A stretch of DNA of 60,554 bases, counting the filler. It is 6 parts of 6 records of this genome, joined end to end, with 100 filler letters (N's around TTAATTAATTAA, not from the genome) between each part and the next. Parts side by side here need not be neighbours in the genome. Positions count along the whole stretch, not along the records: positions 22,092 to 42,245 come from DRR723986_3051; positions 42,346 to 51,695 come from DRR723986_3056; 4 more parts are not named here. One strand, written 5' to 3'. Below, one piece after another: positions 39,362 to 49,879 of the stretch. A program made the position numbers and the translations under genes. The stretch's first letter is position 1. Every line of letters starts with the position of its first letter. The notes beneath the pieces were generated by a model. It was not told where the DNA came from and searched no databases. It saw nothing but the letters and a program-made list of their open reading frames with translations.

Positions 39362-39456
39362 CGTCGCGCAATCGATTCTGGATTATTTGCCCGCCCCTCT
39401 GGGCAGGGCGGTCCTCACTCTGTATAGCGCAGGCGCACAGCGAATAAGGGGCAAAC

Positions 39457-40362
39457 ATGGCGCGTAAACGCAAGGGCCGGGATATTTCGGGATGGCTGGT
39501 GGTGGACAAACCTGCCGGGCCGACCTCAACGGCAGTGGTGAACAAGGTGCGTTGGGCGCTGGATGCCAAGAAGGCGGGCCATGCAGGCACCCTTGACCCG
39601 GATGCAACCGGTGTTCTGGCCGTGGCTTTGGGTGAGGCAACCAAGACGGTTCCTTATATCACCGATGCGCTGAAGGCTTATGAATTTACTGTCACACTGG
39701 GCGCGGCGACCAATACCGATGACGCAGAAGGCGAAGTGATCAAGACGTCTGACCTGCGGCCCGATGATGCCGCGATCAAAGAGGCGCTTGGCCAGTTTAT
39801 CGGTGACATCGAACAGGTGCCGCCGCAATTTTCCGCCGTCAAGATCGACGGGGAACGTGCCTATAAACGCGCCCGTGACGGCGAAGAGATGGATCTGGCG
39901 GCGCGGCCCTTGTTTGTGGACAGCCTGTTGCTGATTGACCGGCCCGATGCCGATCATGTGACGCTTGAGATGGTTTGCGGCAAGGGTGGTTATGTCCGGT
40001 CCATCGCGCGGGATCTGGGAGAGGCTTTGGGCTGTTATGGCCATGTCCGCGAATTGCGCCGCATCTGGTCCGGCCCGTTTGAGGCCGCCAAGGGCCTGAC
40101 CGTCGATCAGATTGAGGAAATGGCCCGCACGCCCGCGCTGGACGAACATCTGCTGCCCCTCGAAGAAGGCCTGTGTGATCTGCCCGAGGTCAAGGCCAGT
40201 GCCGAAGGGGCCACGCGCCTGCGCAATGGCAATCCCGGCATGGTGATCGCACATGACGTGGAATACGGCGATGAATGCTGGGCCTCGTTTGAGGGCAAGG
40301 CCGTGGCGGTGGGGAGGTTCAAAGCGGGTGAATTGCACCCCTCCCGCGTGTTCAACACCTGA
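39457..40362 (+). CDS. truB: tRNA pseudouridine(55) synthase
   Basis: [30 protein letters not shown]. Confidence 0.97.
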   Translation: MARKRKGRDISGWLVVDKPAGPTSTAVVNKVRWALDAKKAGHAGTLDPDATGVLAVALGEATKTVPYITDALKAYEFTVTLGAATNTDDAEGEVIKTSDLRPDDAAIKEALGQFIGDIEQVPPQFSAVKIDGERAYKRARDGEEMDLAARPLFVDSLLLIDRPDADHVTLEMVCGKGGYVRSIARDLGEALGCYGHVRELRRIWSGPFEAAKGLTVDQIEEMARTPALDEHLLPLEEGLCDLPEVKASAEGATRLRNGNPGMVIAHDVEYGDECWASFEGKAVAVGRFKAGELHPSRVFNT

Positions 40363-40368
40363 GGCCGG

Positions 40369-40875
40369 GTGATCACTCGCAGCCATACCAAGGGCGATGC
40401 GCCTTCCACAGCGGTCTATTCTGACTGCGAGCGGTATCGTTATAGCCTCAGCCGTGTCTGGGACGCAGGTGCCGAGCGGGTGATGTTTGTGATGTTGAAC
40501 CCGTCGACAGCAACCGAGGTGCAGAACGACCCAACGGTTGAACGCTGTGAAAGACGGGCGCGGACGCTGGGCTTTGGCGGGTTTCGTGTGACCAACATCT
40601 TTGCCTGGCGGGCCACAGACCCGCGCGACATGAAGGCCGCCTCAGATCCCGTAGGCCCGCAGAATGACGACATTTTGAAGGATGGTGCTGAATGGGCGGA
40701 CCGCATCATCGCAGCCTGGGGCGTGCATGGTGCGCATCAGGATCGCGGCTTGGTCGTCGCGGATATGCTTCGCGCGGGGCCAAAGCCGCTGTTCCATCTG
40801 GGTTTGTCCAAGGCAGGCCACCCCAAACATCCGCTTTACCTGCCCTATGTGCAGCAGCCGGTGCTCTGGACCTAA
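40369..40875 (+). CDS. DUF1643-family protein
   Basis: YRYSL.RVW, VMLNPSTA, DPTVERC, NIFAWRATDP, AWG, HPKHPLY. Confidence 0.85.
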   Translation: MITRSHTKGDAPSTAVYSDCERYRYSLSRVWDAGAERVMFVMLNPSTATEVQNDPTVERCERRARTLGFGGFRVTNIFAWRATDPRDMKAASDPVGPQNDDILKDGAEWADRIIAAWGVHGAHQDRGLVVADMLRAGPKPLFHLGLSKAGHPKHPLYLPYVQQPVLWT

Positions 40876-40890
40876 AGGAACCGGCCTGCC

Positions 40891-40906
40891 TTAGAGGCGT
40901 ATTAAC
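40891..40906 (+). promoter_or_regulatory. Candidate CtrA box
   Basis: TTAG-N7-TTAAC, one mismatch to TTAA-N7-TTAAC. Confidence 0.45.
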
Positions 40907-40985
40907 TTCCCCAAGCTACCAAGCGGCTTGAATGCTGGCACCCGGAAACGGGCCGGCGCAAATGGGCAAGCGGATCGGGAAGCAT

Positions 40986-41408
40986 ATGTTTGGGATGGCC
41001 GGATTGATGAGTGCGTTAAGCGTCGGCACCGTGGCGCCCGCCGAGGTTGTTGCAGTGGACGAGGTCCAAAGCGTGAAACAGGACCAGAGCCAAGCCTGTT
41101 CGACCCAGACACAGACGCAAACCGCGACACCAGACGCCGCAGATTGGATTGCGCAGGATCAAACCCTTCAAATCCATGACTTTGAGCCAGCCGAGGATGC
41201 CTTGGTCCTTGTCTGGGACGACAGCGATGCAAACCTGCCAGAACCGCAAGTTCACATCCAGGAAGACCCGGAACAAACCGGCCAATTGCAGGTCTGGATG
41301 GGGGATCGCGTGATGGCGCAAATTGGCGGGCCAGCGCCATTGGACGAGGCTGATCTTGCGCTTATCCCGCTCAGCCTGGCGCGGGATCTGGGGTTTGCGC
41401 CTGTTTGA
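40986..41408 (+). CDS. Hypothetical acidic protein
   Basis: Hydrophobic N-terminus MFGMAGLMSALSVG; C-terminal IHDFEPAEDALVLVWDD segment; start uncertain. Confidence 0.6.
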   Translation: MFGMAGLMSALSVGTVAPAEVVAVDEVQSVKQDQSQACSTQTQTQTATPDAADWIAQDQTLQIHDFEPAEDALVLVWDDSDANLPEPQVHIQEDPEQTGQLQVWMGDRVMAQIGGPAPLDEADLALIPLSLARDLGFAPV

Positions 41409-41499
41409 CGTAGAACGCGAATTGCGTTGAATGGGGTGCAACACGCCCAGCGGCGTACAAAGATACCCTTTGCCAAACTCGTCTGGATTTCCTATACGC

Positions 41500-41609
41500 G
41501 CCCATCGCCTGCTGATTCCCATCGGTTGGCGGTATCTCCATGGGCCTGCGCTGGACGACATCCCGGCCTGCGCCATTCCTTTTCACTTTATCCCATGAAG
41601 GAGACCCCG
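41500..41609 (+). ncRNA. Alphaproteobacterial ribosomal protein S15 leader (autoregulatory RNA)
   Basis: GCTGGACGACATCCCGGC motif in the rpsO 5' UTR downstream of a TATAC -10 element; boundaries approximate. Confidence 0.6.
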
Positions 41610-41879
41610 ATGTCGATTACGCCCGAAGAAAAAGCACGCGTGATGAAAGAATTCGGCACCAAAGAAGGCGACACAGGTTCGCCCGAAGTACAGGTTGCCG
41701 TTCTGAGCTCGCGTATTGCCACGCTGACAGAGCACTTCAAGACCCACAAAAAAGACAACCACGGTCGCCGTGGCCTTTTGAAAATGGTCGCGACGCGCCG
41801 TAAGCTGCTGGACTATGTCAAAGGCAAAGATGAGGCCCGTTATCAGGACCTGATCAAACGTCTGGGTCTGCGCCGCTAA
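41610..41879 (+). CDS. rpsO: 30S ribosomal protein S15
   Basis: [26 protein letters not shown]; 89 aa. Confidence 0.98.
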   Translation: MSITPEEKARVMKEFGTKEGDTGSPEVQVAVLSSRIATLTEHFKTHKKDNHGRRGLLKMVATRRKLLDYVKGKDEARYQDLIKRLGLRR

Positions 41880-41903
41880 GCACAACGCCAAGACAGAGTT
41901 TCG

Positions 41904-41931
41904 AAACGCCCGGCCCAGCGCCGGGCGTTTT
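41904..41931 (+). terminator. Terminator of rpsO
   Basis: AAACGCCCGGC-ccagc-GCCGGGCGTTTT. Confidence 0.8.
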
Positions 41932-41944
41932 GCTGTCAGAGGGG

Positions 41945-41988
41945 GCGGGATTTTCGAAAATCCCGCAGCGATTTCTTCAAAGAAATCG
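41945..41988. repeat. Twin palindromic element
   Basis: Perfect 22-bp palindrome GCGGGATTTTCGAAAATCCCGC followed by CGATTTCTT-CA-AAGAAATCG. Confidence 0.7.
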
Positions 41989-42191
41989 GGCCCGGCTGCA
42001 GCGGCAGGATGGCGTTTGCCGATGCGCGGGCCAGCAAGGCCGCAGCGCCCTTTCCATTACACCAAAAAACCTGTATGCCCCCGCAATCTGAAAGCCGGCG
42101 CCCGGACCTCAGCGCCTGACAAAGAAGATACCGAGGTCAGGGGGAATTCGCCCCCTATGCAATGGCCAATTGGCCAACACAGGAAACGTAG

Positions 42192-42245
42192 ATGTTTAAT
42201 GTAACGACAAAATCCATGCAGTGGGGCGAAGAGACGCTGACACTG
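42192..42245 (+). CDS. pnp: Polynucleotide phosphorylase, N-terminal fragment
   Basis: AGGA SD; MFNVTTKSMQWGEETLTL; canonical position after rpsO. Confidence 0.8.
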
Positions 42246-42345
42246 NNNNNNNNNNNNNNNNNNNNNNNNNNNNNNNNNNNNNNNNNNNNTTAATTAATTA
42301 ANNNNNNNNNNNNNNNNNNNNNNNNNNNNNNNNNNNNNNNNNNNN
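42246..42345. other. Artificial contig spacer
   Basis: N-run/TTAATTAATTAA/N-run. Confidence 0.98.
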
Positions 42346-45300
42346 GGCCTGCAGGCCGCCATTCACCTGATCAAACGTCTCTTTGAAGCGCTGCCGGGTT
42401 TCCCGGTCAATTTTCCGGATAGCATTGTCCAGGGTTTCCAGCGCTTCCATCAGGTCGTTGTGCTGCTCGTCCAGGTAGGTCTTTCGCTCGCTTTGTACCT
42501 GATACTCTTCAATGGCCGCGAGGTTAATTGCTCCCAAACGCTGGATACGGTTACCGATTTTCTCCAGCTCTTCGGCCCAGACCTTTTCTTCAGCATCCTC
42601 TGGCAGCTGTTCGAGAACGTCCTGGAGCTTAACGTTGAGTTCTTTGAGCTGCTCAATATGGTTGCCTGAGCGAATTTCCAGGGCCTGGGATTCCATCTTC
42701 AGTTTTTCCAGCCGAGCCCGGATTTCCTGAACCTGATGCTCGGTTCGGCTCCGCCCCTGTTCGCGATCACGAACCTGTCGATCAATCTCTTCCAGGCCAT
42801 CCCGGGCGGCACTGAGCTTTTCTTCTTCGGCCAGTCGTCGTTCCAGCAACCCTTCAAGTTGCAACTGGAGATCCTCAATAGGCTCCTCGGCACTTTCGCG
42901 GGATTCCCTGAGTACATCCAGCCGCTCTTCCAGGCGCTCTTTCTGCATCTGCATCCGGTCGATGGTTTGCTGCAGTCCGTCGCGCTGGCTCTGGAGTGTC
43001 TGCAACTGTAGTTGCAGTTGATGAGCGTGATCACGGTCATGCCGGGCTTCCTGGCGCAGGCGGTCCAGTGTTTCCCTCAGAGAATCCCGTTGCTCCAGCA
43101 ACTGCTCTTTCTCTTCCTCACTGTCCTCGCTGGATGCGAGTGCAATATCCCACTCCTCACGGGCTTCCTGAAGGTTGGCGTTCTGCTCTTCCAACGCCAG
43201 GCCCACATCCGCAATGTCTTCCCTGATCCGGGACAGCCGGGCTTCAATCTGCTCTGCCCTGGCTTTCAGACCACTGGCACGGGAGGCCAGAGCCCCAAGC
43301 TCCCGCTCGACGTCGCTGTGGCGGGCTTGAGCCTCGTCCCGTTCGGTTTCGGCACGCTCCGCCTTCTCCTGGAGATGCTCAAGCTGCTCGGTTGCCTGCT
43401 CGAGCCTGGCTTCTGCTTCCGCCAGCTTTGCCTGCAATTCCGTTACCTTTTTCTGACGCTCAATCACACCAACCTGAGCGGCATCGGAGTCAGGCATCAG
43501 CAACCAGTCACGAGAAAGCCAGACACCGTCCCGGGTGATGATGCTCTCGCCAGGCGCCAGACCAGATCGGTTGGCCATGGCTTCAGAAAGGGTATCGGCA
43601 GCCTGAACCAAAGAAAGCAGCTGGCTGATCGCCCCAACACCACTCACCTTGGCCGCCAGGCCACGGGTTTCGGAGGCAACGGCACGGTCACTGACCACCG
43701 CAAAACCTTTGGGGGCCGATTCCAGCGCTGTAGCCAGTTGATCGAATTCCGGCAACGTCAGGCCCTGAGTGAAGCGGCCAATGACCTGCTCGACGGCAAA
43801 CTCCCAGCCGTCCTCAATCGACAATTTCGCAGCAAGTCGCGGCGCGTCGGTCAGCCCCTGATCGGCCAGCCACGATTGCAGGGCATCGTCGCCGGCACCC
43901 ATTTGTTCGTCCAGAAGTGCCTGCTGGGACTCCATCGTGGCTTTGAGGCTCTGCACCGTCTGCCGATATTCAGATGAACTCTGTTCGGCGTCGCGCAAAG
44001 CCTGTCGGCTCGAATACACCTGATCCTGCAGTTGCTGAATACGCTCCGCGGTTTCTTCCCTTTTCAGTGCCAGGGTTTCCTGTTCTTCCAGAAGCTGCTC
44101 GAGCTCCGAGCGATCCAATTGTCCGTCGAGCAGCGCCTGCTCATCCCGCAATTTCTGTTGTCGGGTTTTCAGCTGTTCGATGGCGTCTTCAAGAGAGCGA
44201 ATTCGGGATTGCGCCAGTTCGGCCTGCCGGCGGGCATCCGATGAACGGGTACTGAACTCATCCCAGCGATGCTGCCAGTCACTCATGGCCTCTTCTGCCT
44301 GCTGGAGCTTCTCGGCCGATTCCTCTGAACGTATCGCCAATGCCTCCTGCTCAGGCTCGATCATGTCGAGCTCTTCCCGGAGCGTGGCCAGCTTTTCTTC
44401 ATCCTGTTCCAGTTCGCGGCCTAATTCGCGCTCGTTGGCCAGGGCCTGATCCAGCTCTGCGGCAGTCTGTCGGCTGCGCTCGCGCTGGTGCTCCAGACTT
44501 TGCTCAATACGGGCAATGTCGGCCCCGGCCTCATAGTACCGAGCCTGAGCCCGGTTAAAGTGCTCGGTCCGTTCATGGTGGTCTTCCCGGAGCGATTCCA
44601 GCGAAGTTTCCAGGTTCACCCTTTCGGTCAGGAACTTCTCAAGTTCCAGCTCGGTATCGCGGATTTTTCCGCGCCAGGTCTGAAGATCGTCATCCAGGGC
44701 TTTCCAGCGCAACACCGTTAGCTCGGCTTTCTTTTCACGCTCTTCCTGTTTGTAGGCTTTGTATTTTTCCGCGGCGGCCGCCTGACGCTCCAGGTGCTGC
44801 AGTTGACGTCCAAGCTCTTCGCGAAGGTCTGTCAGCCGCTCCAGGTTCTCCTGAGTACGGCGAATACGGTTCTCCGTTTCCCGCCTCCGTTCCTTGTATT
44901 TGGAAATGCCCGCAGCTTCTTCGATGTACACCCGCAATTCCTCAGGTTTCGCCTCAATCAGCCGGGAAATCATGCCCTGCTCGATAATGGCGTAACTGCG
45001 CGGCCCGAGACCAGTGCCAAGGAACAGATCGGTAATGTCACGACGACGGCATTTGGAGCCATTCAGGAAATACTCGGATTGCCCTTCCCGGGAAACCCGG
45101 CGTTTTACCGAAATCTCGTTGAACTTCACAAACTCGCCGGGCGCCGATCCGTCACTGTTGTCAAAAACAAGTTCAATAGACGCCTGTCCCACCGGCTTGC
45201 GGGCACTGGAACCGTTGAAGATAACGTCGGTCATCGATTCGCCACGCAGGTACTTCGCGGAACTTTCACCCATTACCCAGCGAACAGCATCGATAATATT

Positions 45301-45414
45301 GGACTTGCCACAGCCGTTAGGGCCCACCACCGCGGTCATGTTGCAGGGGAAAGGCACCGTAGTAGGATCAACGAAGGATTTGAATCCTGCGAGTTTGATG
45401 GACTTCAGCCGCAT
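42346..45414 (-). CDS. smc: Chromosome segregation protein SMC, 3' truncated
   Basis: LAGFKSF, GPNGCGKSN, IIEQG, long coiled coils, hinge, LGAINL. Confidence 0.97.
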
Positions 45415-45415
45415 A

Positions 45416-46096
45416 TCAGGCGGTCTCCTCCGTGAGAATACTCAGAACCTGGTGGCGCTGATGCTCGCCAAAGTCCTGAATAACCCGTTGCAGACGCTCG
45501 GAATCACCCTCAACGGCAGCATCGGCCAGACGACGGAAGAAGGTACCGGTTTCTGCGATCTCACTTCGGAAATGATCCAGCGCCACATAGTAGGTGCGGC
45601 TGATGGCGGGACGGAAGTTTTCCAGGGTTTCCTCAAGAAAGGGATTTTCAACCAAGCGGTAGGCATACTGCATGACGCCGAACCCCGCTTCAATAACCCG
45701 CTCAGCGGCATCGGGCGCATTCGAGTTCAGGGCATCAATAACCGCCTGCATTTCATTAACCTGACCCATCACACCGCCGAGCTGTTCACCTGGCCAACGC
45801 TCCAGCACCTTGCGAGCCAACATGCACAGCAGATCGATGTAAATATCGTAAAGGGCATTCACCGAGTCTATCGTCAGCTCCGACACCACCGCCCCGCGCC
45901 GGGGATAGATCTCAACCAGATGACGCCGCTCGAGAATCAGCAGGGCCTCACGCACCGAGCCGCGGCTGACATTCAGATCGCCGGCGACCTTGAGCTCCTG
46001 AATTCGCTCTCCCGGCTTGAGATCGCGAACAACAATGCGCTGCCCCAGATGCTGGGCAATTTGTTCGGATAGGCTTTCCGGTGCCTGAAATCTCAT
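45416..46096 (-). CDS. GntR-family (FadR/FCD) regulator
   Basis: SLSEQIA...LKPGERI.E..VAGDLNVSRGSVREAL; 1 nt upstream of smc; alternative start 46120. Confidence 0.9.
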   Translation of the reverse strand: MRFQAPESLSEQIAQHLGQRIVVRDLKPGERIQELKVAGDLNVSRGSVREALLILERRHLVEIYPRRGAVVSELTIDSVNALYDIYIDLLCMLARKVLERWPGEQLGGVMGQVNEMQAVIDALNSNAPDAAERVIEAGFGVMQYAYRLVENPFLEETLENFRPAISRTYYVALDHFRSEIAETGTFFRRLADAAVEGDSERLQRVIQDFGEHQRHQVLSILTEETA

Positions 46097-46308
46097 AAAT
46101 CGACGGCTCACTTGGTACATTCAAGCGCAGGAGTTTATCACAGGCTTTTGGCAGCCCCACCCCTTTGTCCGACATTTCGATTGCACGTTTTCAGAACCGG
46201 CAACCCGCTGCCGGAATTTTGACAACCAGGAAAATATTATCTGCCAGTTTACGGAATCGACTTTAAAAAGAGACATGTACCTGTTGTTTTTATTGGTTTT
46301 TTATCTTA

Positions 46309-46323
46309 TGGCATTTTTTCTGC
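46309..46323 (+). promoter_or_regulatory. Candidate sigma-54 (-24/-12) promoter
   Basis: TGGCATTTTTTCTGC = GG-N10-GC, preceded by an AT-rich tract. Confidence 0.55.
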
Positions 46324-46368
46324 TTATTGGTACAGCAAATCACTTTGTCACCAGCAGAGCGTCCTACT

Positions 46369-47295
46369 GTGAAAAATCTGACATCGATCCAGCCAAACAC
46401 TTCCCGCCCCGCGCGGCTTGCCGCTTTGAAGCAGTCGTTCCAGGACTGGAACAACACCTCCGATGTCATGGCCCGGCTGGCCAGACGCCTGAGCACCACT
46501 CTCTCCCTCGAGGCGCAACTGTCGATTCTGGCGGAGGAGATGACAGACATGGTGCCTTTCGACTCACTCAATTACCGGCACCGCATCGCCCGTCAGGACT
46601 TTGTTTTTTCCACTGGCATGGGTGGACCCCATCGCTGCGAATACCGTCTCTCTCTGGAAGGTCAACAGTATGGCACTCTGACGTTACACCGTCGCCAGCG
46701 ATTCAGCGAAGAGGAGTTGACCGGTATTGAGATGATGCTATCCGGTGCAATCTGCCATATTCGCAACGCCTGTCAGTTCATTGCCATTGAGCAGGCAGCG
46801 CTGACGGACTCCCTGACTGGCATTGGCAACAAACGGGCACTGGACGAAGCACTTCAACGCGCGAGTGCCATGGCGGACAGACACGGCGCACCCTGGAGTC
46901 TGATCCTGTGCGATCTGGATCATTTCAAACTGATTAACGACAACCACGGCCACGTGGTCGGCGACCACATTCTGGCTCGCACTGCCGAAAAGCTCGAGCA
47001 GGCCCTGCGTAATTCCGATACCGTCTATCGGTTTGGCGGTGAGGAATTCGCCATTCTCCTGCCTCATACCAACGACCAGGAAGCCCGAGATGTAGCGGAC
47101 CGCATCCGGGGCGCCATTGAAAGCATTCGAGTGGATGGTGGTGAAACACCTTTGACGGTTACCACCAGTTGCGGTGTGGCCATGCACCTGGCCGATGAAC
47201 AGCCCGAGCAATGGCTTGCCCGGGCCGACGAAGCACTCTACCGGGCCAAGGCGGCCGGCAGAAACTGCACGCGGGTATTCGCAAGTATTTCCTGA
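46369..47295 (+). CDS. Diguanylate cyclase (GGDEF domain)
   Basis: DSLTGIGN, DLDHFKLIND.HGH..GD, RNSD-x5-GGEEF (A-site and I-site intact); start uncertain (GTG 46369). Confidence 0.9.
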   Translation: MKNLTSIQPNTSRPARLAALKQSFQDWNNTSDVMARLARRLSTTLSLEAQLSILAEEMTDMVPFDSLNYRHRIARQDFVFSTGMGGPHRCEYRLSLEGQQYGTLTLHRRQRFSEEELTGIEMMLSGAICHIRNACQFIAIEQAALTDSLTGIGNKRALDEALQRASAMADRHGAPWSLILCDLDHFKLINDNHGHVVGDHILARTAEKLEQALRNSDTVYRFGGEEFAILLPHTNDQEARDVADRIRGAIESIRVDGGETPLTVTTSCGVAMHLADEQPEQWLARADEALYRAKAAGRNCTRVFASIS

Positions 47296-47304
47296 AGGAA
47301 AGCC

Positions 47305-48291
47305 TCAGCGTGCGGGCTTTCTCCCCTTGCCTGCAGACGGCTTCCCGCGAGTATCAGACCGGGATTTTGGCGGCGCACCGTCGGCGACTTGCCAGCTTCC
47401 ACCTTTACGAGCCCGCTGCAGCGATTTACCGGGGCTTTTGCGGCGCTTGCGATCATGGGCGGCCTGTTCTCCCGGAGTTTTCTGGGGAACAGCAACACTG
47501 CCGAGCCCGACGGCACGGCTCAGCGCATCAACACCCTTCTGATCCAGCTCTTCCCAACGCCCCATGGTCAACCGGCTGGGCAGGAAAATCGGGCCGTACC
47601 GCACCCGCTTGAGACGGCTCACCCGTGCGCCCTGAGATTCCCACAGGCGGCGCACTTCCCGGTTGCGACCTTCCAGCAAGGTAACGTGGAACCACTGGTT
47701 CATACCTTTGCCACCCGCCGGGCTGATATCAGTAAACTTGGCCATGCCGTCTTCAAGCAGCACACCTTCCATCAGGCGCTCAATCATGGCGTCGTCCACT
47801 TCACCGAATACCCGGACAGCGTATTCCCGGTCAATCTGACTGGACGGGTGCATCAAGCGATTGGCCAACTCACCATCGGTGGTGAACAGCACCAGACCGG
47901 TGGTGTTGATATCCAGACGCCCGATGGAGATCCAGCGCTGATCCTTGAGCCGCGGCAGGCGGTCAAACACCGTGGGCCGTCCTTCCGGGTCTTTCCTGCT
48001 GGTTACTTCACCCTCTGGCTTGTTGTAAACCAGCACCCGACGCACAACCTCGGCAGCGGAACTCACGTCCAACAGCTTGCCATCAAGCTCAAAACGATCA
48101 GAAGTGGAAGCCTTCTGGCCAGGCTGAACCGGAACGCCATTGACCAGTAATCGACCTGCCTCTATCCAGCCTTCCACTTCCCGCCGGGAGCCAACGCCGG
48201 CGCGGGCAAGCAGCTTCTGCACCCGCTCCGGGCCTGCACTGAGAGACTGGTCGTTACGAGCTGTTCTGTTTTCGGGGCCTTTTGCCGCCAT
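47305..48291 (-). CDS. rluB: 23S rRNA pseudouridine(2605) synthase
   Basis: S4 domain ERVQKLLA..SRRE, GRLDINT, EGRNREVRR. Confidence 0.93.
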   Translation of the reverse strand: MAAKGPENRTARNDQSLSAGPERVQKLLARAGVGSRREVEGWIEAGRLLVNGVPVQPGQKASTSDRFELDGKLLDVSSAAEVVRRVLVYNKPEGEVTSRKDPEGRPTVFDRLPRLKDQRWISIGRLDINTTGLVLFTTDGELANRLMHPSSQIDREYAVRVFGEVDDAMIERLMEGVLLEDGMAKFTDISPAGGKGMNQWFHVTLLEGRNREVRRLWESQGARVSRLKRVRYGPIFLPSRLTMGRWEELDQKGVDALSRAVGLGSVAVPQKTPGEQAAHDRKRRKSPGKSLQRARKGGSWQVADGAPPKSRSDTRGKPSAGKGRKPAR

Positions 48292-48332
48292 AAGGGTAGA
48301 TATCCTTGATATACGGGGCTGAAACCTGGGTT

Positions 48333-48998
48333 TCAGTGAAGTGTCTGATCCGATTCAGGCGCCTGGGACTCCGCGTCGGAGTCCGGACTGGCGCCGGAAC
48401 CATCAGGAGAGTCGAATTTAATCTCTCCCTGCATGTTCTGCTCTATTTCCCGACCGATTTCCTCAAGGTCGCGTACCTCAGAAAGCGGAGGCAGTTCATC
48501 CAGCCCGGTCAGGTTGAAATAATCGAGGAACTGGCGCGTGGTTGCATACATGGCTGGCCGGCCCGGGACATCCCGATGACCGACCACACGCACCCACTCT
48601 CGCTCAAGCAGTGTTCGAATGATATTGCTGCTTACCGTAACCCCACGAATATCTTCGATCTCGCCACGAGTGATGGGCTGACGATAGGCAATCAGAGCAA
48701 GGGTTTCCAGCAGTGCCCGGGAGTAACGCTGGGGCTTTTCCTCAAACAGCCGACCCACCCATGGCGCAAACTCTTCCCGAACCTGCAATCGGTAGCCACT
48801 GGCAACCTTGCGAAGCTCGAAGCCACGGCCTTCGCAGGATTGCTCCAGCATCATCAGCACATGCTCCATCACCTGCCGGGCCGGGCGTTCGTCTTCGCCA
48901 AACAGCTCGCGCAGCTGCTCCAGAGACAACGGCTTGCCGGCAGCCAACAGTGCCGCCTCCGCAATAGCCTGAATACGGGCCAGATGTTCTTCGTTCAT
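48333..48998 (-). CDS. scpB: SMC-Scp complex subunit ScpB
   Basis: LETLALIAYRQPITRGEIEDIRGV, PGRP, FL. Confidence 0.95.
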   Translation of the reverse strand: MNEEHLARIQAIAEAALLAAGKPLSLEQLRELFGEDERPARQVMEHVLMMLEQSCEGRGFELRKVASGYRLQVREEFAPWVGRLFEEKPQRYSRALLETLALIAYRQPITRGEIEDIRGVTVSSNIIRTLLEREWVRVVGHRDVPGRPAMYATTRQFLDYFNLTGLDELPPLSEVRDLEEIGREIEQNMQGEIKFDSPDGSGASPDSDAESQAPESDQTLH

Positions 48999-49014
48999 AG
49001 TGTCACTCGATCCT

Positions 49015-49842
49015 TCAGCTTGCCGCCCGTGCCCTGACATGAATGGGGCCGAGCACTTCCGCCTGAACGATTTCAATCAGCTGTTCTTTCACCAACTCCA
49101 GTGTAGCCAGAAAGGTCACAACCACTCCCAGACGGCCTTCTTCAAGGGTAAACAGGCTCTCAAAGGTCACGAACCGGTCACCCTGCAGTACCGATAGAAT
49201 GTGGGACATCCTCTCCCTTGTCGATAACCGCTCTTTCTCGACATGGTGGCTGGTAAACAGATCCGCCCTTTGCAGTACACCCTGTAACGCCAGCAACAAC
49301 TCCTTCATATCAACATCTGGATGAGGTTGTGATGACGGAAACTTGGGTAAGGCAGCGGACGCCGCAAAGGTATCCCGCTCCATGCGCGGGATCTCGTCGA
49401 TATCTTCTGCGGCTTTCTTAAACCGTTCGTACTGCTGAAGCCGGCGAATCAGCTCTGCCCGGGGATCGATATCCTCTTCATCATCACTCTCCTGGCGGGG
49501 CAGTAACATACGGGATTTAATTTCCGCCAGGGTGGCCGCCATCACCAGATATTCCGCTGCCAGCTCGAACCGCATCGCTTCCACCGCACCAATGTAATCC
49601 ATGTACTGGCGGGTGATTTCACTGACATCGATATCGAGGATATTCATGTTCTGGCGGCGAATGAGGTACAGAAGCAAATCCAGCGGCCCCTCAAAGGCCT
49701 CCAGAAAAACCGCGAGCGCATCGGGCGGGATGTAAAGATCCTTCGGGATGTCCACCAGGGGTTTGCCGGACACGAGCGCCAGCGGCACCTGTTCCGGTGT
49801 CGTTGCCTGCGCCTCTTCCGGCTCCCTGGTGTCTTCGGTCAT
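49015..49842 (-). CDS. scpA: Segregation and condensation protein A
   Basis: FEGPLDLLLYLIR, IKSRMLLP, VTFLATLEL. Confidence 0.95.
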   Translation of the reverse strand: MTEDTREPEEAQATTPEQVPLALVSGKPLVDIPKDLYIPPDALAVFLEAFEGPLDLLLYLIRRQNMNILDIDVSEITRQYMDYIGAVEAMRFELAAEYLVMAATLAEIKSRMLLPRQESDDEEDIDPRAELIRRLQQYERFKKAAEDIDEIPRMERDTFAASAALPKFPSSQPHPDVDMKELLLALQGVLQRADLFTSHHVEKERLSTRERMSHILSVLQGDRFVTFESLFTLEEGRLGVVVTFLATLELVKEQLIEIVQAEVLGPIHVRARAAS

Positions 49843-49879
49843 GCCTTTGCCAGCCTTTGACGTTATTGGCGGTCAGGAA

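Noticed and set aside
42346..49842. Wadjet/MksBEF anti-plasmid system
   Set aside because: Sequences are canonical Smc, ScpA and ScpB with trpS and rluB; no JetD/MksG nuclease
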